Shown here: positions 40,163 through 50,742 of the stretch, in pieces
Layout: the number at the start of each line of letters is the position of its first letter
Numbering within the stretch: the stretch's first letter is position 1
Origin: Bacteroidia bacterium
Lineage (GTDB): Bacteria; Bacteroidota; Bacteroidia; Flavobacteriales_D; Crocinitomicaceae
Direction: 5' to 3'
Assembly: GCA_030426825.1 (NCBI GenBank)
Contig: JAUHXX010000001.1
Span: 1-53,344 of the forward strand
Length of the DNA: 53,344 nucleotides
The notes under the pieces: generated by a model
Database searches by the model: none
The model's input: only the letters and a program-made list of their open reading frames with translations
What the model was told of the DNA's origin: nothing
Program-made: the position numbers and the translations under genes

Positions 40163-40504
40163 ATGAATCTATTTAAGAGTATAATATTAGTTTTAGCCAT
40201 GTCCAGTTTTACTGGATTTAGCCAGAATGTTGTGACTATTCCAAACATTTTCACTCCAAATGATGATGGTGATAATGATGTTTTTAGAATACGTGATGCA
40301 GAAGCATTTGATGAGCTAACCTGTACGATTTACAATCGTTATGGAGAGCCCGTATATCGATTTTATGGTTTAAATGGCTCTTGGGATGGCTATAGTCATG
40401 CAGGTGTCAAAGTAAGCGCCGGAGTATACTTTGTAATACTAGAAGTTTCTGCTTCTGATGGTGAAAAAAAGACACAACAAGCGACTTTACAAGTCCACTA
40501 TTAA
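40163..40504 (+). CDS. Stand-alone type B CTD protein (signal peptide plus CTD only)
   Basis: IPNIFTPNDDGDNDVF...IYNRYG...WDG...GVYF directly after the signal peptide. Confidence 0.85.
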   Translation: MNLFKSIILVLAMSSFTGFSQNVVTIPNIFTPNDDGDNDVFRIRDAEAFDELTCTIYNRYGEPVYRFYGLNGSWDGYSHAGVKVSAGVYFVILEVSASDGEKKTQQATLQVHY

Positions 40505-40507
40505 TTC

Positions 40508-40690
40508 CTATTCCAACAGCAGTTCAATTTGATTATTCTCATCCGCCCTATTCTTCAAGGTGTGATTGAGATAGATTATTAATCCCAACAGGACAATTGC
40601 TATAATGATTTTTCTAATTAGCGCCCATGGGATCTTTCGCTCGTGTTTTTTAAACCGCTTGAGGTTAATTTTTGAGTCATTCTCTGTCAT
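40508..40690 (-). CDS. Small single-TM hypothetical protein (60 aa)
   Basis: MTENDSKINLKRFKK...IIIAIVLLGLIIYL; ATGA overlap with the upstream stop codon. Confidence 0.65.
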   Translation of the reverse strand: MTENDSKINLKRFKKHERKIPWALIRKIIIAIVLLGLIIYLNHTLKNRADENNQIELLLE

Positions 40691-42668
40691 ACTTTTACAC
40701 CCATCAAGCAAACATCATCAATTTGTTCTAAATCCCCTTTCCATTCTTTAAACCTATTGAGCAATCGAATTTTTTGCTCTTGCATTTCCAAATGATTATT
40801 CGCCATCAACAACTCTCTTAACTGCTTATACTTAAACTTTTTACCCTTCGGTCCACCAAATTGATCTGCATATCCATCTGAAAAGATATAAATTGAATCA
40901 CCTGGGGAAAGCTGAACTTTATGATTGGTGAACTTATCAGGTCTTTCTGGCATGTATCCAACGGGTTGTTTATCTGGTTTGATTTCCTTCATTTCTCCGT
41001 TTTGCACAAAATAAACCGGATTATTGGCGCCGGCATACTCAAAGGTCAGGGTATTTAAATCGAGTACACATAGAGCCATATCCATTCCGTCTTTCCGGGC
41101 GTTTTCTGAACCTTGTTGACTTAGTGCTGTAATGACACGTTCTCGTAGCTCATCTAGGATATCAGATGGCTGTAAAATCCGTCTTTCATTGACGATCTGA
41201 TGTAAAAATGTATTACCAATCATACTCATGAAAGCACCTGGAACCCCATGTCCTGTGCATCAGCAGCCGTAAAAACTACTTTACTACCAACTCTTGAATA
41301 CCATAAAAAATCTCCAGACACTATGTCTTTGGGCATTAATATGAAAAACGAATCTGAAAACAAGCCTTCATTTTCTTTAGTGGGTAACAAGGCCTCTTGA
41401 ATTTTACTCGCATATTCGATACTTGCAGTTATATCATTATTCTTTTCTTGGATGATTTCATTGGCAACCTGAAGCTCTAAATTCGCTTTTTGTTTTATTC
41501 TATTTCTATTATACAATACAAGTGCGAGTCCTACCAACAATAAAAGACCAACCACCACAGAAACAATTATCAATTTTGATTGATTTAAACGCGCCTTGTT
41601 CTCTTTGTTTTGGAGACTTTCAATTTTATTTTGTTGCTGTAAAATTTCATTCTCTTTCTGAGTCTGTACAGAATTATACTTCTCCTGCATTTCTATTAAA
41701 GTCTGTCTATTCTCTTGTAACTGAATAGTGTCACGCCAAGCCATGTACAACTTATAATTATCCATAGCGTTTTTGTACTCACCTAAATTTTCGTAAGTAC
41801 TTGCTATTCCTTTATAGGCCGCCTTTTTTGCACCAGGAGAGTTCAATAAATCTGCATATTCTAAAGACTTAAAATCGTAAACCAAGGCAATTTTATTTTT
41901 GCCTTGACGCCTAAACGCAAGGGCCAAATTATTATAAGACCTAGCAACTCCGTCTAGGTCGTTTAATTCGCTTTGTATCTCAATTGCCGAGAAGAACCAC
42001 GCTTTTCCGTCATCATAATTGCCTTTAGAAATCTCAAGGGCTCCCAAGTTTAAATATACGGTCGCTTCGGTTTCTTGATTATTTTCTTTTATTGCTAACT
42101 CCAAAGCAAAATCTAAGTTTATACGCGCTTTTTCAAAATCCCTTAGTTGAATATAAATACCTCCAAGGTTTAGATAAGAAGTTGTTGCCCCTTCAACATT
42201 TCCCATTAACACGTCAATTCGGGCGGACTCACTCATTTTTTCAAGACCAGTTTCATACTCGCCTAGATTCATATAAACCATGGCTTGATTGTTTAATGCC
42301 TTGGAAAGATGTAGAGAATCATTATTAATTTCTGCAAGTCGATAAGTTTCTTGGAAATAATGTAAAGCCGAATCTTCCTTTTCCATTCCCAAAAAAGAAA
42401 TTCCTATTAAATTGGTAGTAAACGTGATGTCTTGTGAAGATTCTTTTACAGCCAATTCATGTGCCTGTCTAGCTATTTCTAAAGCCTTTTGTGAATCATT
42501 GTGTTGAAAGTTAAAGCTCAGCTCACCCATCAATATAATCTTCTCATGCGGGTTTTTCGCAGTAAAAATTTGAGCCGACAAACTATCTTCAAGGTAAGAC
42601 TGTGAGAATGAAGAGTTCACTCCTGCGTAAAACACGCAAAACCATATAAGTAGTTGTTTTAAATGCAT
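40687..42668 (-). pseudogene. TPR-sensor SpoIIE/PP2C phosphatase split by a 1-bp frameshift (pseudogene or sequencing error)
   Basis: ORF 41226..42668 (TPRs, TM, IVSGDF) and ORF 40687..41229 (DGMD, FSDG, DDVC) join if one T is added at ~41259, restoring DCTGHGVPGAFMSM. Confidence 0.88.
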
Positions 42669-42736
42669 CTTGACTAGCGTAAAATACTAAATTTAATTGC
42701 TATATTGAAAATTGAACCACAATTAAAACAAATACA

Positions 42737-43048
42737 ATGGAAAGAGATTTTTTAGTACGATCACACAGAGAAGGCACAGTTGACACTACAGCTGACATGG
42801 AAACTATAATCAGTAATATGGGCTGCATTGGATTCAATAAGCGAGCACTTGGTAAAGTGACTATTATAGTTCAAAAAACAGGCGGAGAAATAACCAAACA
42901 AAAAGTAAAATGGGATGAAGCAAATGATCCTATTTTTAACGAATCACAACGAAAAGATGCAGATTCACTGTTGCCTATGGCTGTAAAAGTTGTAGATGGG
43001 GGTGGAGATGATGGCGAAATAAGAATTAAACTTATCGCAAAACTTTAA
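42737..43048 (+). CDS. Hypothetical protein (103 aa)
   Basis: Clean ORF, A-rich initiation region, own terminator; family not recognised. Confidence 0.75.
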   Translation: MERDFLVRSHREGTVDTTADMETIISNMGCIGFNKRALGKVTIIVQKTGGEITKQKVKWDEANDPIFNESQRKDADSLLPMAVKVVDGGGDDGEIRIKLIAKL

Positions 43049-43063
43049 AATCAAGATATACAG

Positions 43064-43099
43064 ACTAAAAAGGCGAGCTAAATAGCTCGCCTTTTTAGT
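43064..43099. terminator. Bidirectional terminator
   Basis: Perfect 17-bp inverted repeat ACTAAAAAGGCGAGCTA/TAGCTCGCCTTTTTAGT between convergent genes. Confidence 0.88.
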
Positions 43100-44123
43100 T
43101 TCTTCTTCTCTTAAATAAAGCAAAATCAAGATTGGTATAAACCAACGAAAACTCAAGCCCCCCAGCTCTTGCAACTTGACCAAGCTTTGACAAAGTAATA
43201 TCATAAGACAGACCCAGTTTGAAGCCCTTAATATCTACAAATACTACAGGTGAAATAGCGTCATTGACTCTATAAAATAATCCTCCAGATAGATGAGCAT
43301 CACGTGTAAGACCAGTAGTCTTAGACCCTGATGAGATTCTATATCTTAACATTCCACCGAACATAGTTTCAGAATGTGGTCCTTGTAAATACTGATTAAA
43401 AAGCACCTCTACACCCAATTTAGACCCAGATATATCTTTTAAAAACGAAGCGTTAATCCCCAATTTGGCATATAACTCTTCTTTAAAACCAAGTCTATAT
43501 TTTAATTCGGGTTTATTGACGTGCAAATACGAAAACCCTATAATAAAATCAGTAGCATCATCCCTTTCAAATCCAATTTTATGATTTCCATATCTATAAT
43601 TCAATCCGAATCCAATATCAGGGTAAACAAAAGAAACTAGGCTGTTGTTTTCATTATTCGGCAATGTTTGATCTAATTCAGTTCCATTAAATTGATTCGC
43701 AAAAAGCAATTGTCTTAAATCTCCCGTTCGCTGGCCAATACCAACTTGAATTGCTGCAGATAAAGCATGTGATTCTCCTAACGGAACAATTGCGTTAGCA
43801 TTCATTAACATCTGCTTAGTTCCAAACTTACTGTCACCGCCTTTATCATTATAGAATTGCATTCCTACACCTAGATGTGCCCCATTTTCTCCTTTTGACT
43901 TAAAGAAGTTCATGTCAGCAGCTACCGAGGTTGTTTGAAATTTGGTTCCAGCACTTACCCATTGACTTTTATGCGCCACTCCTACTCGTTCCCAACCATT
44001 AAACATTCCAGTAAACGCTGGATTCTGCAACATTGGCGTTTGCTGAAACTGTGTAAAATGAATATCCTGGGAAAAAGCGGTCGAAGCAATTAACAAGGAA
44101 AATAATATCCCGAACTTTTTCAT
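43095..44123 (-). CDS. PorP/SprF family T9SS outer-membrane protein
   Basis: QDIHFTQF...NPAFTG, HKSQW, GLSYDITLS, GGLEFSL. Confidence 0.92.
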   Translation of the reverse strand: MKKFGILFSLLIASTAFSQDIHFTQFQQTPMLQNPAFTGMFNGWERVGVAHKSQWVSAGTKFQTTSVAADMNFFKSKGENGAHLGVGMQFYNDKGGDSKFGTKQMLMNANAIVPLGESHALSAAIQVGIGQRTGDLRQLLFANQFNGTELDQTLPNNENNSLVSFVYPDIGFGLNYRYGNHKIGFERDDATDFIIGFSYLHVNKPELKYRLGFKEELYAKLGINASFLKDISGSKLGVEVLFNQYLQGPHSETMFGGMLRYRISSGSKTTGLTRDAHLSGGLFYRVNDAISPVVFVDIKGFKLGLSYDITLSKLGQVARAGGLEFSLVYTNLDFALFKRRRN

Positions 44124-46669
44124 TATCTCAATACAGTAATGTTACCGGTAGTTTTATTGCTTCCAGTTTCTGAGGACTCATAAATCAGCACATAGGTATA
44201 AATCCCTGTGTTGACCAGTTCCTCCCTATGTCGTCCATCCCAAAAATCACCTACAGTAGACGTCCCAAATACTTTTGTTCCCCAACGATCAAATATTTGA
44301 ATATTGAAGCTTGTAATGTCCCAACCTGCAAAAAACTCTAACCAATCATTGTTACCATCACCATTTGGAGAAAAAGCATTTGGAATATGAATTCCTGTAT
44401 AAGTATTTGGATTAGGTTGTCCAGGCGGAGTCACAACCGGTGGATTGGTTGTGGTAGCTGTATCAGTATAGATAAAATAAGCCACGACCGTGTCGTTTGA
44501 CATTAAATCCAAGGTGTCGGATAAACTGTCAGGATAAACAAAGGTGTGGTTATTAGATCCCCAGTGATCAAAGACGTAATTTGCGTTTGCATCAGCCTTG
44601 AAGAGGGTGTTGATTTGACCATAATACTGTCCGGTCCAAGGATAATAAGGCGCCCAAACAGAGTTTACTTTTACAGTTCCTGCTCCAGGGGGATCAACAT
44701 TTACCGTTAAATCAAATGGACCAGTCAAGTTATAACAATCAATTAAACCTTGTGTCATAGCAACACACCTGTCATCAATGTAATCTCTTAAGGTTTGCAC
44801 ATTAGCTTCCCATCCAGCATAAGTTCCTCCCCAAGTTGCTATTTGTCTTGGCATTTCAGGGTCAATTACGGCAACCATACTATCTAACAAGGCATGCATT
44901 GCTGGGCATCCAAAAGGACCATTAATCAAATCGGCATATCTTGTAATATACTCTTGGCTAAACTCATCATTTAACAACAGTTGATTCAAGATAGGAATGT
45001 GACCTTGGCCTCCAGGATCTGGAAGATTGTCAGCGTTGCAAGGGTCTGCATCAGGAGCAGTACTAGGCACCCCTGTATAGTTGATATAGTGTCCCCAACT
45101 TGCATCATTATCCCAAAGCGCATATCTCCATTTTTGTTTGTCTCCAACTGGCGGCGGAACCCATCCATGCCACCAAGCTGTATTCCAGTTTAACCAATCT
45201 GAAGTAACGATATATGAATTCAAGACAACGTAATCTATCAAACTGCCCGTGTTATATACACTTTTTACATAAGCATACTGTGCTGGATCTTGCATATTTC
45301 CACCAACTACGTATGCTTTAAAAGCCTCCCATTCAGGATGAGGGTTGGTTTGGTCACCATATTCGGCCCAAGTCGCACCCCAAGTTTTTAAGAACTCAAT
45401 ATTAAATTTATCTTGATTGTAATAATAATCAGTAAAATCGGCGTCATCTACTTTTTCCCTTAAATCATATACTCCCCAATATTGGCCATTCACATAAACC
45501 ACTGCGAATCTAGATGTTCGTTCATCCATTCTTAGATCGGCATTCTGTGACAAGGTATGAACCATTGCGTCTCTAATATGCGCACCATCTTCAAAAGGGT
45601 AATTGTCATTTGCTGCAGCCTTAATAATAATTCTTTGATACTCTTGTCTGTTTTTGGTGGTAAATACAGGATGTCTTACTGCGTTTGTATAACCATATTC
45701 ATCTCTTACGACTAAATCAAAACCTCTTTGATCGTAAGCCCAAGAGTCATTACCGTGTTTGTTATAATAACCTTCTCCTTCAGCCACTTCTTGTCCATTA
45801 TCCTCAAATAATTCAAAAGCACCATCAAAATTGCTGTTAAATGAACCCGGCGCGACATCATTCAAAAAGTCCATTACTTGGTCTCCACAAACGGCTAATA
45901 CCGGTACTGTATGCGTTTCGTCTATGAAGAAAGTGTTAGTTTCAGTAAAACTTGGTGGTACATTAGGGTTGGATGAAATTCCAATTACTCTTACCACGGT
46001 AGTTGTACTGACACTCAACGGGCTTCCATACACCGGGGAAGCAGCAGTTGGTTGCGAACCGTCAGTTGTATAATGGAGTGTTGCGCTTGCATCAGTTGTT
46101 GCCAACGAAACAACTTGAGTTCCTGAATAAAAACCAGCCGCCAAACTAATTGTTGGTTTTGCTGAATAATAATCCATTCCTCCAGTGTTAGCAGCGTTAG
46201 GCGTTGGTGTAGTAAAAATGCTCCAAGTAGAAGCAGCATCTGTTGTTCTACCATACGAATGATCATTTTGAGTCATTTTAACAATTTTCAAACTGTCCTG
46301 AATAGCTCCTGATGACGAAGCAAGAATAATCCATTCATTCTTCGTTTGAGTTAATCCAAAATTAGGGTGAAGCTCACCAGCGTTAAAGGCGTCTCTTTTT
46401 GAGGCATAAACCATCATATAACCACCTGCAGGAACACTTGCTCCGGCAGGGATTTCCCATTTTGCCAAGTTGTTGTTGTTGTCAGAAAGATAATATCCTG
46501 ATAAATCAAAGGCCGTAGCCCCAATATTGTGTAATTCTACCCAGTCTGAATTGTCACCATATGAATCAACCGGTCCATTGCTATTTGAACAAGAATATTC
46601 ATTTATTATCACTTGGGCATTTGCTGCATATAGAGCAACCAGTGAAGCAAGAGTAAATAACGTTTTCAT
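44123..46669 (-). CDS. Lamin-tail + Fn3-like + CotH kinase T9SS cargo with type B CTD
   Basis: INEYSCSN..DWVELHN; YTTDGSQP; VYVNGQYWGVYDLREK, DWLNWN, LWDND; IPNAFSPNGDGNND. Confidence 0.9.
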   Translation of the reverse strand: MKTLFTLASLVALYAANAQVIINEYSCSNSNGPVDSYGDNSDWVELHNIGATAFDLSGYYLSDNNNNLAKWEIPAGASVPAGGYMMVYASKRDAFNAGELHPNFGLTQTKNEWIILASSSGAIQDSLKIVKMTQNDHSYGRTTDAASTWSIFTTPTPNAANTGGMDYYSAKPTISLAAGFYSGTQVVSLATTDASATLHYTTDGSQPTAASPVYGSPLSVSTTTVVRVIGISSNPNVPPSFTETNTFFIDETHTVPVLAVCGDQVMDFLNDVAPGSFNSNFDGAFELFEDNGQEVAEGEGYYNKHGNDSWAYDQRGFDLVVRDEYGYTNAVRHPVFTTKNRQEYQRIIIKAAANDNYPFEDGAHIRDAMVHTLSQNADLRMDERTSRFAVVYVNGQYWGVYDLREKVDDADFTDYYYNQDKFNIEFLKTWGATWAEYGDQTNPHPEWEAFKAYVVGGNMQDPAQYAYVKSVYNTGSLIDYVVLNSYIVTSDWLNWNTAWWHGWVPPPVGDKQKWRYALWDNDASWGHYINYTGVPSTAPDADPCNADNLPDPGGQGHIPILNQLLLNDEFSQEYITRYADLINGPFGCPAMHALLDSMVAVIDPEMPRQIATWGGTYAGWEANVQTLRDYIDDRCVAMTQGLIDCYNLTGPFDLTVNVDPPGAGTVKVNSVWAPYYPWTGQYYGQINTLFKADANANYVFDHWGSNNHTFVYPDSLSDTLDLMSNDTVVAYFIYTDTATTTNPPVVTPPGQPNPNTYTGIHIPNAFSPNGDGNNDWLEFFAGWDITSFNIQIFDRWGTKVFGTSTVGDFWDGRHREELVNTGIYTYVLIYESSETGSNKTTGNITVLR

Positions 46670-46843
46670 AACATTAATACATTATATCCTTAATAAAGGT
46701 TGCCAGAGCAACCAAAAAAAATCTCAGGGTTTTACCAAATATACTCATTTTAAACCAAAGGCTTTAAAAACAGTAATCTATGCCAGTGTTAATATAAGGT
46801 TAAGAATTATATTTCTATATTTAGCTTTTTAACATTAATTGAA

Positions 46844-47230
46844 ATGAACAAATTCATCTTTAGTGCGCTATTATTATCGGCATTATTCTCTTGTAATAAA
46901 GAGCCTGGCCAAGGAGGCACTTCTTCAATAGAAGGCAAAGTCTATCGTGTAGAAACAAATTCTTTAGGAGATACTTTAGACCAGTACTATGCTCCCGATT
47001 ATGATGTTTATATCATTTATGGTGATGAGGACCAGACTTATGATGATGATTTTTCAACGAGTTATGACGGCAGCTATCGCTTTACACACTTGACTCCTGG
47101 CACATATACAGTTTTTGCCTATACCAGATGTGATTTATGTGGCGGTGGGGATACAGCTGTATCACAGACCATTGAAATAACAGAGAAAGAATCGAAGATA
47201 ATGTTGGACGACTTGGTTGTGTTTAAATGA
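46844..47230 (+). CDS. Lipoprotein with carboxypeptidase-regulatory/Cna-B-like domain
   Basis: LFSC lipobox; SIEGKV, DGSYRFTHLTPGTYTVF. Confidence 0.8.
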   Translation: MNKFIFSALLLSALFSCNKEPGQGGTSSIEGKVYRVETNSLGDTLDQYYAPDYDVYIIYGDEDQTYDDDFSTSYDGSYRFTHLTPGTYTVFAYTRCDLCGGGDTAVSQTIEITEKESKIMLDDLVVFK

Positions 47231-47949
47231 GAATTCTTTTAGTCATATTTTCAATGTGCTCAATAATAGGATTTGGGCAAGTAAAAGACGCCAATATTTG
47301 GATGGGCTATGGTCTTGAAATGGAAATGACAAAAAAAATTAGCTTAGAATTGGAAAGCCAAGCACGTTTTAATAATAATGCCTCTAGCTTTAATCAGTTT
47401 TATACTGAATTAAGTGCAGGATATGACATCATCAAACCTATCAATATAAGTGGAACATACAGATACAGTCGAAAAAACAATGGGGATTATTATTTCAGTC
47501 AGAACCGATTTTGCTTAGACCTTAGCTACAAGTTTAAGCTGGAGATGGGTCTCGGGTTCAAAACTAGAGCGCGTTACCAACATGTGTTTGATCGATTAAA
47601 AGAAATAAATGGGGTCTATCCTGATAAGGCAAATTTATATCGCCATTCGTTTAAAATCTCTTATGACATTCCAAATTTTAAACTAATTACACCGTATATC
47701 GGTGGCGAGCTTTTTTATGCTTTACAGCCCGTGAATCCAACCTCAAAGTTGGATACTTACAGGTTCAAGGCTGGGATGGATTTTGATTTGCCTAAAAGAA
47801 TCAGTTTAAGGCTATTTTATACTTACGAATATGAGCACAGAACTGTAGACAATATTGCTCACATCTATGGGTTTCAAATAAATTATGCCTTTAAGTCATT
47901 GAAAAAACTAACAAAATCAAGCTCTAAACCAAGTAAGCCAGAGAATTAG
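47227..47949 (+). CDS. DUF2490-like outer-membrane beta-barrel
   Basis: Signal peptide; W..Y, LESQARF, RARYQ, PYIGGELF, RFKAG. Confidence 0.8.
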   Translation: MRILLVIFSMCSIIGFGQVKDANIWMGYGLEMEMTKKISLELESQARFNNNASSFNQFYTELSAGYDIIKPINISGTYRYSRKNNGDYYFSQNRFCLDLSYKFKLEMGLGFKTRARYQHVFDRLKEINGVYPDKANLYRHSFKISYDIPNFKLITPYIGGELFYALQPVNPTSKLDTYRFKAGMDFDLPKRISLRLFYTYEYEHRTVDNIAHIYGFQINYAFKSLKKLTKSSSKPSKPEN

Positions 47950-50072
47950 TCCATCAGCTCAAAATCAATTTGTCTTTTCGTTAAAGAGACTGACAACACC
48001 TTCACAAAAACTCGGTCACCAAGATTAAATTCTTCCCCGCTCTTTGTTCCGTAAACAACATATTTCTCTTCGTCAAACTGATATCTCTCTCCTTTCATTG
48101 ACTTTAAGGATATCATCCCTTCACAAAAATTAGTTTCTATTTCCACGTATATTCCCCATTCAGTCAAACCGGTTATCGAACCAGCGAAAACTTCGCCCTC
48201 TTTGTCTTGAAGATAAACTGCCTGGAAATACTTTTTTGATGCCCTTTCTGCCTCAGATGCTCTTCGCTCAGTAATGGATATATGTTCTGCAGTCCCTTGA
48301 AGATTGGAATACCTCTTGTTCACTTTTTCGAGATCATTGAGCAAAATTCTGTGAACCATTAAATCAGCATATCTTCTAATCGGTGAAGTAAAGTGAGCGT
48401 AATAATCAAAACCTAAACCATAATGGCCTATGTTCTCAGTGTCATAAACAGCTTTGGACATGGTCTTAATTGCCATTTGCTGAACTAAAGCAAATTCACT
48501 TTGGTCTTTCATTTCCTCAAATACCGCATTCATATTTAAGGCAATATCCCTTTCGTTTTTATAACTGAATTTTTTTCCGAATTTTGACAGAAACACTGCA
48601 AATTGTTGGACTTTTTCTATATCAGGCTTGTCATGAATTCTGTAGATTAAAGGAACACTAACCTTTCTTTTAGTGTCACCAATATAGCGCCCTACCCTTT
48701 TGTTAGCAAGTAGCATATATTCTTCCACTAATTTATTGGCGTCTTTCTGTGTTTTTTTAAAAACTTCAATAGGCCTTCCAGCATCATCTAGCTCAAACCT
48801 TAATTCAGACCCATGAATCTCTAAAGCACCTTTAGATAGACGATCTTTTCTCATGATTTTTGCAATCGAATCCACCCTCAACAGCTCCTCAGATAATTCC
48901 CCTTTCTTATTTTCTAGTATTTCTTGAGCTTCTTCATATGTAAATCTGCGATCAGAATTGATTACTGTTTTACCAAACCATTCACCTAAAATTTCACCTT
49001 TGGAATCTAGATCAAAAACAGCTGAAAAGGCAAACTTTTCCTCATTAGGACGTAAAGAGCAAACGCCATTACTTAAATGTTCTGGCAACATTGGAATCAC
49101 TCGGTCCACCAAGTAGACTGAATTTCCTCGCTCTTTGGCCTCTTTGTCCAAGGCACTATTTTCAAGAACGTAATGCGCTACGTCTGCAATATGAACTCCT
49201 ATTCTGAATTTATCTTCTCCTAATTTCTCAAATGATATTGCATCATCAAAATCCTTAGCGTCAATTGGGTCAATCGTGAAAGTTAATATGTCTCTAAAGT
49301 CCCTTCTTTTTTTAATTTCTTCTTTGTCTAATTCTAAAGAAACTCTACTTGCTTCATTCAACACTTCATCTGGAAAAGTGTAATTTATTCCATAAAGTGC
49401 CAAAATTCCCTTCATCTCAGCATCATTAGACTCAGGTTTTCCCAAAACTTCTACAATTTTTCCGAAAGGATTTTTTGCAGAGTCTGGCCAATCAGTTATC
49501 TGTGCTATTGCCTTATATCCAGACTTCCCGCCATTCAAATCTGAGCTTGGTATGAATATATCCGCATTAAATCTTGGGTCATCAGGAATTAAAAAAGAAA
49601 AATGATCTTGGACGTCAAGTTTGCCTACAATCATTCTTTTTGATTGATTCAGTACTTCAACAACCTTTCCTTCAGAACCTTTTCTACGTGCCTTAATTAA
49701 TTTCACTTTTACCTCATCCCCGTGCAAAGCTTTACCTAGATTCTTTTCATCCACGTAAATATCATCATCAAAATCCTCAACACGCACATAGCCACTTCCT
49801 CTTCTGATTATTTCAATTCGACCCACCAGTGTTTTTTGTCCTTCGGTGAATTTATATTTTCCACGTTGTGTTTCAGAAATTATTTTTGAATCGGCTAAAT
49901 CGGTTAAAATAGAAAAGATTAATTTTCTAAGTTGCTTGTCGCTCACTTCCAGCAAACCTGCTATTTGCTTGTAATTCAATTGTTTTCCAGGATTGCTTTC
50001 AAAAATATCTAGGATGTCTTGTCGTAATTTTTTACCAAGTTTTTTCTTGCCGGATTTTTTTTTCTGATTCAT
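47946..50072 (-). CDS. rnr: Ribonuclease R
   Basis: TIDPIDAKDFDDAI, HIADV, HFTSPIRRYADL, C-terminal S1 domain. Confidence 0.97.
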   Translation of the reverse strand: MNQKKKSGKKKLGKKLRQDILDIFESNPGKQLNYKQIAGLLEVSDKQLRKLIFSILTDLADSKIISETQRGKYKFTEGQKTLVGRIEIIRRGSGYVRVEDFDDDIYVDEKNLGKALHGDEVKVKLIKARRKGSEGKVVEVLNQSKRMIVGKLDVQDHFSFLIPDDPRFNADIFIPSSDLNGGKSGYKAIAQITDWPDSAKNPFGKIVEVLGKPESNDAEMKGILALYGINYTFPDEVLNEASRVSLELDKEEIKKRRDFRDILTFTIDPIDAKDFDDAISFEKLGEDKFRIGVHIADVAHYVLENSALDKEAKERGNSVYLVDRVIPMLPEHLSNGVCSLRPNEEKFAFSAVFDLDSKGEILGEWFGKTVINSDRRFTYEEAQEILENKKGELSEELLRVDSIAKIMRKDRLSKGALEIHGSELRFELDDAGRPIEVFKKTQKDANKLVEEYMLLANKRVGRYIGDTKRKVSVPLIYRIHDKPDIEKVQQFAVFLSKFGKKFSYKNERDIALNMNAVFEEMKDQSEFALVQQMAIKTMSKAVYDTENIGHYGLGFDYYAHFTSPIRRYADLMVHRILLNDLEKVNKRYSNLQGTAEHISITERRASEAERASKKYFQAVYLQDKEGEVFAGSITGLTEWGIYVEIETNFCEGMISLKSMKGERYQFDEEKYVVYGTKSGEEFNLGDRVFVKVLSVSLTKRQIDFELMD

Positions 50073-50180
50073 TCAAATTTATATCTGGTTAAAATTATCA
50101 ATTATTTCCCATGAATTCGGGAACATTTCTTTATTTTAGTGTTTTTTTGCGCGCATTTGCGTCTAACCAAAAAATTATTT

Positions 50181-50699
50181 GTGTTGAATAAAAAAGTAGA
50201 AGACATACTAAACAAACAAATTTCAGGGGAGGCAAGCTCTTCTCACCTGTATCTCGCCATGGCTTCATGGGCTGAAAACGCTGGGTTTGGAGGAACGGCA
50301 GCTTTTCTTTACACGCATTCAGATGAAGAACGACAACACATGTTGAAGCTCGTAAAATTTGTTAATGAGCGTGGTGGCAAAGCAATTATTCCTGACTTAT
50401 CAGTGGGAACTATTTCATTTAAAAATTTAAAAGATGTGTTTAAAACACTTTTAGATCATGAAATTGAGGTGACCAACTCTATTAACGAAGTTGTGCATGT
50501 ATGTTTGAATGAAAAAGATTATACTACCCATAATTTCATGCAATGGTACGTTGCTGAACAGCTTGAAGAGGAAGCTCTTGCTCGCAGCATACTTGACAAA
50601 TTAAACTTAATTGACAACGATAAAGGAGGTCTTTACCTCTTTGATCGCGATTTAGAAAACTTTAAAGCAGATACAGTTGCCAACGATCAAGCGAATTAA
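50181..50699 (+). CDS. ftnA: Non-heme ferritin
   Basis: LYLAMASW, EERQH, HEIEVT, QWYVAEQLEEE; GTG start 50181. Confidence 0.93.
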   Translation: MLNKKVEDILNKQISGEASSSHLYLAMASWAENAGFGGTAAFLYTHSDEERQHMLKLVKFVNERGGKAIIPDLSVGTISFKNLKDVFKTLLDHEIEVTNSINEVVHVCLNEKDYTTHNFMQWYVAEQLEEEALARSILDKLNLIDNDKGGLYLFDRDLENFKADTVANDQAN

Positions 50700-50742
50700 C
50701 TTTGGCATACTTTTAGTACATTAGGAAACCAAATTCATTTTT

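Noticed and set aside
41240-41275. Programmed frameshift or phase variation in the TPR-SpoIIE gene
   Set aside because: No homopolymer, tandem repeat or slippery heptamer at the breakpoint.
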